A stretch of 64,000 nucleotides of DNA from NCBI GenBank assembly GCA_051599415.1, contig AP039691.1, positions 620,001-684,000 of the forward strand. The letters run 5' to 3'. A program made the position numbers and the translations under genes. Positions 41,996-53,610 of the stretch are shown here, piece by piece. The notes under the pieces are model-generated. The model ran no database searches. It saw nothing but the letters and a program-made list of their open reading frames with translations, and had not been told where the DNA came from. How positions within the stretch are numbered: the first letter of the stretch is position 1; the number at the start of each line of letters is the position of its first letter. The DNA is from Savitreella phatthalungensis (lineage: Eukaryota).

Positions 41996-42984
41996 ATTCA
42001 AATCGGACGTGGAATCTTGTAAGTTGAACAGTCGACGTACCCGAATCTTGGGAAGGGTTCATCAACGGCCAGTACATTATTTGCTCGATCAGCGAAGCAA
42101 TGCCCGCCGGTTATGCAGAGACTACCAAAGGAGAATTGTACTGGGTCGAAGTCAACTGTACCGACCTAAACTCGTGTTCGGAGGTGTACACGGGTCGAAG
42201 TTGACCTATAACAAGGAGAGGTAGTATATATGTCTAAGAATATGTGGTTGAATCGATATCGCTCGTGAGTAAGAAGACGGGAAATGCAGCATTGTGGACT
42301 CTTCCGTTGGTATCCTGCACATGCAGCGGGCACCTTGACTGATCAGCAGGCCTTTTGAGTGACTCGCTACTCGATGACACAGTCGGCCGGACAGACACAA
42401 GAGTGGCGTGTTATGGCAATTGTCCACCTGCCACCCGCCAGACAGAGTGATATGGGTGTATATATGTGATCGAGCGAATGTCAATGCACGAAATGTGAGC
42501 CAGGCGTGTGATGGCGAGCAGTACTACATCGCGTGCTATATCAGCATACATATCTTGACGGAGTTCTTAATATCTGGAGTCTATCATATGTGAATTTATA
42601 AATTAAATTTATATTTAGATAGTCAGCCGTTAACAATTGTGCATTATGATGGTGCACGCGCGCGCGCACACGCGCACGTGATTTCTTCCAATATGCTCTG
42701 TGAAAAGATGCAGGTCAAGCCAGCGACGTACGCGATTGAGTATAACTCTCTCTCCATCAAGTCATCTATACAACTTCCGACCACAGGTCAACACACAGCA
42801 TCACCGTCTCCCATTCTCTAAAGTACAAATCCGTCCAGGAGCCGCATCAGCCCATCCAGACACCCTGAAAGCCAGCAATCCGTTAGCAGAGCGAGCCATT
42901 TGACTTGCAGGGGACGACTGGAAGAAGTGAGTCCTGTAAGGTGATCGTGACGCGGCTTGAGAGCCATCACAAAGCCATCACGTT

Positions 42985-44058
42985 ATGAGTCTCTTCGGAT
43001 CTCAGCCCGCAGCTGCGGCAGCAAGCACAACGCAGGGGGATCTCTCGAAGGACATCGAGGTCCAATCGCCTCCAGAGGATTCGATCTCCGCCCTCAGCTT
43101 TTCTCCGACGGCTGAGCTCCTCGCGGCAGCTTCATGGGACAAGAAAGTCCGTATCTATGAGGTCTCTCAGACTGGACAGACCCAGGGCAAGGCCCTCTTT
43201 GAGCATCAGGGACCGGCCCTGTGTGTGAGTTGGTCCAAGGATGGCACAAAGCTCGCATCAGGAGGCACGGACAAAGCTGGCCGGGTGTTCGATCTCGGAT
43301 CAGGACAGACACAGCAGGTGGCAGCCCATGACGCGACCGTCAAGGCATGCGAGTTCATCGAGGTGAATGGGCAGCCTATTCTTGCGACCGGATCATGGGA
43401 CAAGACTGTCAAGTACTGGGATCTGCGTCAGCAGACTCCTGTCGCCCAACTACAGCTACCAGAACGCTGCTATACAATGTCTGCAAAGGACCAGCTGATG
43501 GTGGTCGGCACAGCGGAACGGCATATCTGCGTCGTGAACCTCAGCAATCCGACAGCTATATTCAAAACATCCCAATCACCGCTCAAGTTTCAGACCAGGG
43601 TGGTGTCGTGCTTCATAAAGGGCAACGGTTACGCAATCGGCTCGGTCGAAGGTCGCTGTGCGATTCAGTATGTTGAGGAGAAGGATGCTTCCCTCAACTT
43701 CAGCTTCAGATGTCATCGCGATACCAATAATGCGCCGGCCAACGCAACCAATGTCTATGCAGTAAACGCCATCTCGTTCCACCCGCAGCATGGCACCTTC
43801 TCGACCGCAGGCTCTGACGGGACCTTCCACTTCTGGGACAAGGACTCGAAACATAGACTCAAGGGTTTCCCGTCCGCGGGTGGCAGCATCTCAAGCACTG
43901 CATTGTCGCGGACTGGAGATATCATGGCATACGCTGTCTCCTATGACTGGTCAAAGGGTCACGCTGGTAACTCGCCTCAATATCCGAACAAGATCATGCT
44001 GCATCCTGTCCCGCCGGATGAGATGAAGCCCAAGAATCGCAAGCCTGGGCAGCGATAA
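42985..44058 (+). CDS. rae1: mRNA export factor Rae1/Gle2 (WD40)
   Basis: Motifs PPEDSISALSFSP, TGSWDKTVKYWDLR, SPLKFQTR, GSVEGRC, FSFRCHR, GTFSTAGSDG and YAVSYDWSKG. Confidence 0.96.
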   Translation: MSLFGSQPAAAAASTTQGDLSKDIEVQSPPEDSISALSFSPTAELLAAASWDKKVRIYEVSQTGQTQGKALFEHQGPALCVSWSKDGTKLASGGTDKAGRVFDLGSGQTQQVAAHDATVKACEFIEVNGQPILATGSWDKTVKYWDLRQQTPVAQLQLPERCYTMSAKDQLMVVGTAERHICVVNLSNPTAIFKTSQSPLKFQTRVVSCFIKGNGYAIGSVEGRCAIQYVEEKDASLNFSFRCHRDTNNAPANATNVYAVNAISFHPQHGTFSTAGSDGTFHFWDKDSKHRLKGFPSAGGSISSTALSRTGDIMAYAVSYDWSKGHAGNSPQYPNKIMLHPVPPDEMKPKNRKPGQR

Positions 44059-44562
44059 GAGCTGTGTGCAGGAGGCAATGTCGCAAGTCCCGGAGAATAC
44101 TATCTACCCTCTGATCCAATAGTGGTAGATATGGCTGTACAACTGTAGCTGTTAGACGAGATTCGAATCGACGTTGATTCCAGCTGGCCGAAGCCCCGAG
44201 TAAGCTGCGTCTGTGTGTACAAATTGACTATCCCCTTGGAACCTCAGCCGCCAGTCAAGAGGCAAGATTTCTGGCATCATTTGGCTTGCGCGGCAACTGT
44301 TGGGCTATTTGCTATCATCATGCCCTGATGCCAAGCCTCGGTCAAAATATCCAAATTAGAGTTGTGCATGTGCAAAAAGGGCAGTTACTGTAGCGGCAAT
44401 TACCCGACAAGCCCTAGGCCGACGTGACCGACGGGCTGCTGGCTTCGGCATAAACGAGTTCGCCACTACCGAGCTGAGTTCCCAGATCCTGAGCGCCATC
44501 GAGCACGTTCCAGTACAAGAGTCACAGCTGCTCTTGCAGTGTCGCATAACCGCATTGACACC

Positions 44563-45942
44563 ATGCAACTGCCATTCGGATGGGCTTGTACGCTAGAGAC
44601 GGTGTCACAGAACGTTGACCCTGATTTAAGGTCTCTGCTTGGTTCTCTGCAGAGCTTACAGCGGCTTGGACTCGACAATGCCGGCGGACAGGGCGGTGGC
44701 TCGTTTCCGTTGTCGCTATTACTGTCGAATGGCCATGCGTCGACCATGTACTCAGCAGCCGGGAATTTCGAGGACATCTACCGCGTCTACTACCGCAGAT
44801 ATACACTGGTTCATGAAGATGGCGGTAACAATACGCTTGACTTCGCCGTTCCGGTATTGCGCGAAGGCGAGGATGCAGAAATCGCTTCACAGGAAGCCGG
44901 AAGCGCCTTCCCGCACGTCACCGAGAAGGACGAAGCCGCCCGTGACCGTGCCAAAACTGAGACCAGTTTGCCTCCAAGAACCACCCATATGACCGACGGT
45001 GAAGCGTCTTCTTGGGGCGACGATCGCGAAGGTGTCCTTCTGGTCCTGTTCCATGGTCTTTCAGGTGGTTCTCATGAATCCTACGTTCGCGCGACGGTCG
45101 AAGGCGCTCTCGACATGCACCGAGCATGGACACGCGCAGGTGATGGTGCGGGTCAGAGGCCCCTAGACGTCGTTGCTTTCAACGCTCGCGGATGTGCTAG
45201 GTCAAAAGTCACCTCGTCTCAATTCTGGTCGGCTTTGAGGACTGAGGACGTGTCTGCTGCTCTTCGAGCACTGCGTCAACGCTTCCCGCGGCGCAAGATC
45301 ATCTGTGTTGGATATTCGCTCGGCGCAAATATCCTCGTCAACTACCTTGGCCTGCACGCGGACGAATCACGAGAAACAGTTGACCTTGCTGTCAGCGTCA
45401 GCAATCCATGGACTCTGCCTGTCAGCAACCATTACTTAAATGGGTCTTATATCGGAGCATTCTACTCTCGCGCCATGACTGGCAATCTGAAAAAGCTACT
45501 TCGGCGCCATGCGTCCATGCTGAAGGACATTCCAAATGTCTCAGTAGAGCGCGCGCTCAAGGCACGCGACTTACCCGGGTTTGACGACGCATTCACGAGC
45601 AGAAGCGCCGGTTTCAAGAATGCTCTGGAGTACTACGATGCCTCGTCCTCTTCCCGCAGACTACCTTCAGTTGTCCGACCCTTGATCGTTCTGAACGCGG
45701 TCGATGATCCCATCACAGGGCCGCTCATCATCCCACGAGAGGCGTGTGATGCGAATCCACGAACGGCGCTTCTTGCGACAAGCAGAGGCGGTCATATCGG
45801 CTGGTATGGCAGCGAAGCTATGCACACCCCGAAGGGTACACCTGCGCAACCTCGCAGGCTGTTCGTCGATCTCGTCGTTGATCTTTGTAAAGCAGCGCTT
45901 GCGGACAAACTTCCGGCAAAGTTCGCAAGCTCTTCATCATGA
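44563..45942 (+). CDS. Alpha/beta hydrolase, ABHD1-3 / Eht1-Eeb1-Mgl2-like
   Basis: HGLSGGSHESYVR, nucleophile motif GYSLGAN, NAVDDP (Asp) and GGHIGW (His). First ATG at 44563. Confidence 0.88.
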   Translation: MQLPFGWACTLETVSQNVDPDLRSLLGSLQSLQRLGLDNAGGQGGGSFPLSLLLSNGHASTMYSAAGNFEDIYRVYYRRYTLVHEDGGNNTLDFAVPVLREGEDAEIASQEAGSAFPHVTEKDEAARDRAKTETSLPPRTTHMTDGEASSWGDDREGVLLVLFHGLSGGSHESYVRATVEGALDMHRAWTRAGDGAGQRPLDVVAFNARGCARSKVTSSQFWSALRTEDVSAALRALRQRFPRRKIICVGYSLGANILVNYLGLHADESRETVDLAVSVSNPWTLPVSNHYLNGSYIGAFYSRAMTGNLKKLLRRHASMLKDIPNVSVERALKARDLPGFDDAFTSRSAGFKNALEYYDASSSSRRLPSVVRPLIVLNAVDDPITGPLIIPREACDANPRTALLATSRGGHIGWYGSEAMHTPKGTPAQPRRLFVDLVVDLCKAALADKLPAKFASSSS

Positions 45943-46151
45943 GGAACCTATCTCCTCAACGCTCTTAATTTTGTCAGGTTGCATCTAGTCGAGCTGGGCT
46001 ACACCCTGGAGATGAGCATGTGACTTTCTCGATCCCTTAGTACCCGTATTAATGCATGCATGACACTCAAGAGCCTAGCTAGGGATGTATCGTATCCATG
46101 AGATCATTCGTATCAATTTGAGAGATTAACAGTGCCTGGAGACCTACAATC

Positions 46152-48554
46152 TCAAACATGTCGGGTGGCGTTGAATGCTGCAGCATAACGATGTTCATGA
46201 ACTCGGAAGTGGAAGCGAGCTGTGGCGAGCAACTTCGTGAATGCTTGGGCAATGTCCTGATGTGTGTCTTGAAGAGCAGCATTAGCGGTGGCCTCCTGCG
46301 GAGAGAGCTTGAGGACTGTGTGTACCAGGTGCGTTGGATCTGGCATGGCTTTATGAGCTAGCTCGGCAGCCTCATCAACAGTCATGGTCGCAAGAACTTG
46401 TCCATTGTGGGAGGCGTCACCGAGCAGCAAGTGACGAGCCAGGCGACTCGACAAAAGCGTTGCCAGTCGCGTCTGTACCATGCGGAAGATCGGCGAGGTA
46501 GAAGATAGGTGCTGCGTCAACCACGATCTGGCAAAGTCGACCTTTTCCTTGCATCCACTCCTCACAGCCACCTGAACAGCGATGCTGTCGATGGCGTCAT
46601 CGCGCGTTACCCCGAGCGGATCAGAAAGGACCGCTAGCATAGATTCCGATTGTTCCATGCTTCCGATTTCGCCTGCAGCAATTTCATCGGATCGCAATAG
46701 GACACGGACCTCGTCCGCGATCGTTGTGAAGGCAGCATCATCCAGCTTGATCAGCGTGGCTAACTGGCGGACTAGTAGCAGAACGATCTGCAGATGTACG
46801 ATTCGTCGTAGCTCACGAGAAATGCCGGTCAGCCGCGCAGCGTCGAAAGTCCACGAGTGAGGGAGGTCAGCACGCGAGACCGAACCTGTTGCTGACGATT
46901 GGCGTGCCGATGCGCAACCAAGCATGAGGTCGATTGTGCGTTGAGCAAAAAGGATCTCAATGAATCTTGCTGGCTCTGTGGCGTCGTCTGGCTTGACAAG
47001 CCATGAGACTGCGTTCACCTCGCACAACACGCCCGTAGCGAATTTCCGTGTAAACCATGCTTGCTGGAACTCGAGTGCCGAGGCGAGTAGTTGAGGTCGT
47101 CGCATTACCAGCTCGTGGTTAGCCACGTCGAGCTTCATCATCTCCAGTGCATCGAATGCTGAGCGAAGCAGGTCTGCTAGCTCATAGGCACTGTTTAGAG
47201 AAGAAGCGGGCGTGCATCTCAGGTGCTGCGCCCGCTGGACGAGATGATCCAGAACGAGGTCACGCTTAGGCGCACAATATCTGCGCATGACATCTGTCAC
47301 AACAATGGTGAAAGCGTGGACGTCGAACACCCCGTAATGCATCATCTGCATGATGAGATGGACATCAAAGTGCTCATCTGCCATACGACGGTCGGAAGCA
47401 TGCATAAATGAGCGCAAAATATCGCGAAGCTCACGCAGTACCAGATACAGCTTCGTGTGACGGCGTTGTTGGGGTAGAAAAAGCGAAGATATGCGTTCAA
47501 GCTCGCGTGCCACGGATTTCCAGTAACGATCGCTTTCGTAACGCTTGCGCAGACCGCGCTCACCGTCCGTGTTTGGGCGGAATTGTAAGTTTGGATCGTG
47601 AACTGCATCATGTCGGAGTTGCGCATTGAGCTCAATCTCTGACCAGTCAAGCTCATGCAAGGTCGCCATGCAGACCGGAGGAGGTACAAGCGACGTTGAG
47701 CGTCGACTGCTGCTGCGATGATACGACTGGTGCCGTAGCTGATGGTTATTCGAGTCGACTGCGTAACTCGGGAAGGTGAACAGTACAGGCTCGAGTGGTC
47801 TAGTCAGGCGTTCCCTCAATCTCTCTATCGACTCGCGGGGCGTTGTCGTTTCTGAAAGGTCACTGTGACATCGATGCAAATCCGGCAAGGATCGGGATCG
47901 ACGTTTCGTCGGATCCCGCTCACGCATGCGAGAGCGCCCGGCTGATTTGGCCACGCGGGTCAGGGCCTCGAACGGGACCGTCGTACCCGGTCGCACGAAT
48001 GGACCGGTAGTTTCCGATGTCGTCTGCGTATGTCTGGCAATGATGATGTTGTTCGTCGGACATCCAGGATGGAGACGATGGTGGTGATGCTTGCCGTCGA
48101 GTCGCAACCGTTTCATGCCGTCGACAGGATTGACATGGTGAAGCAGGTCGTCTGCTCCCACATACTCGGGTGGTCGCTTTCCTGGCGAAGTGCAGCGTAC
48201 AAGTGGTGAGCCAGCAGAGTGCATAAGGATGCCGTCATCCGTGCCCAACGTAGGGCTACCTACGACGATGACCGAGGCAGCAACAGCTGCTGCTGCAGCA
48301 GCTACAGCAGCTGACTGCGCGGGGACTTCTGCAGGAGGACCCATAGCGCTCCAGGTCGATGGAGAGGATGGCGTACCGACCATTTGCTGCTGCGTTGTAG
48401 TGACAGATGTACTGGGGCCCGGCTGTGGTGGCTGCTGATGTTGCTGATCATGGTGATTCTGTTCGCGAGATGGCTGATTTTGTTGTTGCATGGAGAACCG
48501 TTCCTGCCTGGCTAAATCGTCTTGTCCGAGCGTGGAAGTGCGCCTATGATCCAT
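46152..48554 (-). CDS. SOK1: Sok1 / T-complex protein 11 family protein
   Basis: Motifs TLHELDWSEIELNAQLRHD, DPNLQFRPN, YCAPKRD, LEMMKLDVANH and PHSWTFD; Q/A/H-rich N-terminus. First ATG at 48554; the track start at 48572 is TTG. Confidence 0.88.
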   Translation of the reverse strand: MDHRRTSTLGQDDLARQERFSMQQQNQPSREQNHHDQQHQQPPQPGPSTSVTTTQQQMVGTPSSPSTWSAMGPPAEVPAQSAAVAAAAAAVAASVIVVGSPTLGTDDGILMHSAGSPLVRCTSPGKRPPEYVGADDLLHHVNPVDGMKRLRLDGKHHHHRLHPGCPTNNIIIARHTQTTSETTGPFVRPGTTVPFEALTRVAKSAGRSRMRERDPTKRRSRSLPDLHRCHSDLSETTTPRESIERLRERLTRPLEPVLFTFPSYAVDSNNHQLRHQSYHRSSSRRSTSLVPPPVCMATLHELDWSEIELNAQLRHDAVHDPNLQFRPNTDGERGLRKRYESDRYWKSVARELERISSLFLPQQRRHTKLYLVLRELRDILRSFMHASDRRMADEHFDVHLIMQMMHYGVFDVHAFTIVVTDVMRRYCAPKRDLVLDHLVQRAQHLRCTPASSLNSAYELADLLRSAFDALEMMKLDVANHELVMRRPQLLASALEFQQAWFTRKFATGVLCEVNAVSWLVKPDDATEPARFIEILFAQRTIDLMLGCASARQSSATGSVSRADLPHSWTFDAARLTGISRELRRIVHLQIVLLLVRQLATLIKLDDAAFTTIADEVRVLLRSDEIAAGEIGSMEQSESMLAVLSDPLGVTRDDAIDSIAVQVAVRSGCKEKVDFARSWLTQHLSSTSPIFRMVQTRLATLLSSRLARHLLLGDASHNGQVLATMTVDEAAELAHKAMPDPTHLVHTVLKLSPQEATANAALQDTHQDIAQAFTKLLATARFHFRVHEHRYAAAFNATRHV

Positions 48555-50864
48555 TATGTCCTCAGATGACAAATACTAAGGGCGCTGATGGTTGTTGGTG
48601 TCTCCTGTGACTGCTTGTGCGATGGGCGCCGCTCTTGCTTGTAACCACCACGATGCCAAACCAGGCGTGAAACTCGTGTCGCGCTTGGACTGTGGCGATG
48701 ATGATGCTCGTTCGAAACACGAGAATCGTGTGAGTTGCGCGCCTCGCCGGGATGTTGGTATACACACAGAGCAGAACCGAAGGAGAGGGTTCTCTGAAGG
48801 AGTGATGTGTCTTATTGTGTATTCTGAAGATGCCAGCCGTGTGGTTGGTCACAAACAGAGAAAGCTGTGCGCGCGCGCTTTAGATATAGGAGATGCTATT
48901 CCCGGTTGTGTGATTCAACTGAGGCTGTTCAATCCTCCCTAGTCCGGCTCGTCAGGCAGAGATGAACTGATGCGATGATGACGGCGTGTGGTCGCGTGAA
49001 CGTCCGCGCTTGTGTCGGATGACCTGCTCCTGGCAAATTAGACGCTTCTGCCGGGTCGAATGTCTGAGGAATGAATGTTTGAGGAGAGAGAGTCGCACGA
49101 TCTCGCCGATATGTATGAGATGGAGAAGACCAAAACCTGTTGCGCGCAGTCCGGATGTTATGTAATTCAAGACTTGTGCGCGCGCTCTTGGAGCTTTCCA
49201 CCACTCGTCGTAAATCAGAGATCAGGCGAGAAGATGATTCGGCGCGCAGAGGAGATGTGCAAAGCAAGCAAGAAATAAGGTGTCGAGAAATGTCGGAGTC
49301 AGCCCGCTCCTCCGGAATGTTCAGGTCCGTGGTGGATATGAGCTGAGTAGGGCGCTCGCGTCGTGAGACACCGAGTCGTGCGTAGTCGAAGGCACGTATG
49401 CCGTTGATCGAGTGTTTTAGCCTATGCGCAGATTTGGAAAGCTCTTGTGCAAGAGTCAAACGAGGCAGACACGCGCCTGTGCGTCAGATAGAACAACCAG
49501 GCGCGCTGCGCGATGTGCCAGGCGTTTATTTCCCCGGGTCGTAAGACAAGATGATGTTTCGGCGGTCGTGGCCAGGCCTTCTGGACGAAGCCAGCACAGG
49601 TAAGACCTTTTGCTAGAACGTCTTCGGAGTCTTGTGCGTCTTCATGGAAGACAAGATGCGAGTCCATAAGCCATAACTGCGAGGCCTGCTAAGGGATGAT
49701 TCCAAGAGAGCGCAGAAATCCTTGCTTGCGCAAAACCACCTTGAATTACTTGCTCGCCAGGACCAAGCTTAAGGAACTGAGTCACAGGCTAAACAGGGAG
49801 GACGGCTTTGTGGACGGCGTTGATGCCAAGTCGTAGTACTCAGACACTGTCAAAACAGTGATTCGGCAAGCCAAATAACTGGACGCCTCATGAGCGCCTC
49901 TGACATCTCTAATTAAGAATAAGCCAAACTGAGAGTATTCAGGACCAGATCGCTAAAGCATCCTTATACGTCTATTATGGATCCCCGTACTGTCAACCGT
50001 AGAATCAGCCTTTTAAAAAAAATCTCCCTTTCGCAAAAGGACGGTACCGCGAAAGGAGAAAAGTCGACTCATCATACAGCGGACAAAGTGCTTCGCATGC
50101 AAACTAAATAAGGCATCGCTACGTGTAAGACCCAAAGTTTGAGACGTTCGACCTTGGGATCCTTGTCGTGATTGTCGCCATCAGTCGGGATCAATTGATA
50201 CCTAATGAGTGTCATCGTCATATCCGGCAGGCAGCAAGCTCATCTCATCAATCAAAACGAAGCAGAATAATCTAATTACGAACGGATAATGATAGAATTA
50301 TTGAATGGCAACAATTACCTCAAGCAGCACAAGGCATGAGACATGGATTGGGCAAAGTGAATCGTTCTTTCTTCCGGACACGTTCCCCGTCCTCGGACAG
50401 CGAGACACAATCTCACTTCCATGCAATTCGAAAGGATAGAAAAAGTGAGACTTTTCCTTCTAAAGCATACTTTGAGCAGCGTGTCCACAAGGGCCTGGAT
50501 CCGGCATGACTCGCTCTGTTATTCAGCTACTTTATCAATAAGATTTTCCAAGACCAAATTAGATCTGTTTGCGGCCTCTGAATCAAAACCTGCCCTTCTC
50601 CTCATTCACATTTTCACCTGTGGTAAATTCGTTCCGCTACGACAGTGAGATTTTTGATCTCTTTGCCAAGGCAGAATGACCGTTTGAAGCGCTCAATTTG
50701 AGTTGATCAAGGTAGGTTTGAGCCCTTGGTATTTAGAGCCCAGAAAGCCACAGCGGCATGTTTGAATCAGTCGCTCATACAATGTGGCTTCCGTCAGGGC
50801 TTGCTATCAATGCATGGAGCAACCATCTGCCAAATCTACAGAGGTTCGAATCCTGACTTGAAGA

Positions 50865-50918
50865 AAGCAAAAGCACAAGCACAAGCACAAGCCTAAGCAC
50901 AAGCCTAAGCACAAGAAC
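50865..50918. repeat. Hexamer tandem repeat (AAGCAC/AAGCCT), about 9 units
   Basis: AAGCAA AAGCAC AAGCAC AAGCAC AAGCCT AAGCAC AAGCCT AAGCAC AAGAAC. Confidence 0.85.
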
Positions 50919-53105
50919 AGTTTGTAGCATAGACCCATACAACCATCCAAGCAAAATAAGTTTAATTCACTTCAACTCCTCAGATTCCTGGCCTGACCTA
51001 GATACGATTCCTTGATTAGGAGCTAACGTTACATTTCAGAACGCCGAATGCCGTATTCTGAGACCCTTGGGCATTTGGCCGGGCCGGCAAAGGAGTGAGC
51101 ATACCGTTTCTCAAGTCAAACAGATAGCTGTGACGTGTTCATGCACAGCCCTCGCTTGCAGCACAACATCATCACATGTCCGGGTAATACTGCTCGGAGC
51201 AAAATGCAGATCTATCGATGAAGATTCTTTAATCGTCCGCAGCTTGTGGGTTCGCGGAAGAATTTCGGACGATTGTCCTCCACATCTGCGCCGACGCCTT
51301 CCTTGAAGCTGCGTCATGGCGTTCTATATGCTCGTGATGCTCTTTGTAGTCTTGATCGGCGTGTCTGTACTTCGACCAAAACACATACAGTCCAGAGAGA
51401 TCCCTTTGTCGTGCCGGTAGATCCATTAGGTCATGGCGATGCTCCGAATTTTGCAGCCATCAACGGCCGTAGTCCACACGATAGGCGTCATCAGACACCT
51501 CGACTTTGAACGGCAATATTGAGGTCTCACAAAGTTTCGACTCACTTGGCCGTGAAGTGCACCCTGCAAGCCTAGTAACGGGTATCATCGAGTCTACCGG
51601 GGACAGCAAATTCCGACACGCATCCGGAGTGGACAGGGTTCCAGCATATATCGAGTCGGGCATTGAAAACGACCCTTTCCGTGCCGACGTCAGAGTAGAG
51701 CGGCCAAGGTTTGACCGTCGTCCCGCATTCCGCGCGCTTCTGAAACATGATCTCTGGTGGCACGGAAATGATTTCACCTTGGCTTCCATGCATTCTCTCG
51801 GAGACTTTTAGGCCGGCGGGGGTTAAATCATCGGATCGCGACCTATACCCAATTCGAGAATTTTGGTCCGGCTGCCAGTAGCTTGGCAGCACCTTTTGAA
51901 GACCGGGGTTTGGTTGTGACTATCACTTCCCTCCTGGACTCTTGCGATGCACGATGTATGATATCGCAAAGGCATTGATGTAATCCTTGGTAATTTGCCC
52001 ACCGGTAGAGATCAAGGAATGAACTAGCCGGCGATCTGCGTCCACAAGCCGGCGTCAAACGGCTGTCCCTGAGCAGAGATCCGCTCGTTTTTCCCCACGC
52101 TGACGAGAGCGTTTCGCAATTACTTGCAACAATCATGCGAGAACGATAGACAGTCTGGCGACGTCGAGTTGATTTGCATCCTGTGATTCGCTTGTGTGCT
52201 GATATTGTCGGCCTGCTCGGCTGAGTTGCCCTGAAATAGAGCTCACTTCGTTACGAAGTGCTTCATCTCAAGGACGCGTCGCAAGGCAAGGCTGAGACCG
52301 AATCGCACATATGTCAGCCCTGAGCTCATCTATCTGCCGGCTCCGTCTCACTCTTAAATCCTTGATCACTTGACCTGCGTATCGTCAACGTTTCAACGAA
52401 TTGCAGCGCCGATATAAGGTTCGTATAATGAGTAGTTCAGTGTAGGGGAAATACTCCTTACTGTCTTTCGTAGCGGCAACCCTTAAAACTGAATTACTCC
52501 ACTCCTCCAGTGATTGCTTAATACACGCAGATACCACGGAAAGTCTGCTGAAGTGCTTCGCCAGTCTACCCAAGCAGCTTTCGACCTTCAATCATGGCTC
52601 AGCAAGGATACAAGCATTACATCTGCTGAGCAGGACTATGGAGAGTAATTCGCATCTCGCGGCAGGAAAGACACGTTTATCGACGAAACGGTAGTGTATC
52701 TGTTGTCCGCCAAGCCATCACGATCATCAGCACACAAATGCAGTTCAGATCAAATGAATCCCATGGAATAGGCGTCCGAGAGCGATTTTGTAATTCTCTT
52801 CGGTCGAGTTTGACATACACGGCCTCTGTCAAATCTGAAAAGTAGATCACTCGATTCATAAGATGTCATTGGCCACATAGACGCCATGGACGTCATCGGA
52901 ACGGATGGGCCACACTGAACACTCGTAGGTTATGACGATTCAGGGCGATTCAGACCGCATGCCGTCTTTAGTGGGGAGGCAGGGAACAATTGACTGTCAA
53001 GCTTCGCGAAATGTCCCCCGTGTAGTTCATAAGAGTCGTGATTTGTAACCTTGTTGGTACCACATCACTCGTCCGATCTCTTCAGCCAAGGTGAAGCCGT
53101 TTGCC

Positions 53106-53519
53106 ATGGTCAAGGGTTCCTGCCTGTGCGGTGAGACGACTTACGAATACAATGGTATCCCTCAAGCCGTTGTGACATGTCATTGCCTGCCATGCAGGAA
53201 ATCATCCGGCACTCCATCAAGCTACAACATGATGATTCCCGATGATGATTTCAATTTCAAGTCTTCCAAGCCACTCGCCACCTGGTCTCGCAAGGGTGAT
53301 AGTGGCAAGCAGCTGACATATAACTACTGTCCGACCTGTCACAACCTCATCTTTGCACAAGCGGAGGCGATTCCGGGAGTCAAGATTCTAAAGGCGGGAA
53401 CGCTCGACGATGCGGACGCCTTGAATGACGGCAAGCCCCAGCAGGAGATCTACTGCCGGAATATGCTCTCTTGGGAACAACCGATCGACGGCGCTAAGCA
53501 GGCACAGGCAGCCGAGTAA
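53106..53519 (+). CDS. GFA / CENP-V family Zn-binding protein
   Basis: MVKGSCLCG...CHCLPCRK...GDSGK...YCPTC...KAGTLD. First ATG at 53106. Confidence 0.9.
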   Translation: MVKGSCLCGETTYEYNGIPQAVVTCHCLPCRKSSGTPSSYNMMIPDDDFNFKSSKPLATWSRKGDSGKQLTYNYCPTCHNLIFAQAEAIPGVKILKAGTLDDADALNDGKPQQEIYCRNMLSWEQPIDGAKQAQAAE

Positions 53520-53610
53520 GCTCTACCTGCGCCTTGCATGCATTAAGCAACTCCTTTCTGATCTGGGGGCGTCTAGCAGAATTCATTTATGATAAAGCTT
53601 CTCTGTGTGT

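Noticed and set aside
784..44058. Nuclear-envelope gene cluster (Nup96, Ima1, Rae1)
   Set aside because: The genes are about 17-22 kb apart and interspersed with unrelated housekeeping genes; coincidence is sufficient.
50780..50860. tRNA gene suggested by GGTTCGAATCC
   Set aside because: The T-stem and acceptor stem do not pair properly and there is no D-arm or anticodon arm; retained only as a lone B-box.
51229..52136. Overlapping minus-strand ORF fragments (51460-51789 and 51229-51426 share a frame across one TGA), possibly a pseudogene or transposon relic
   Set aside because: No recognisable domain, terminal repeats or target-site duplication.
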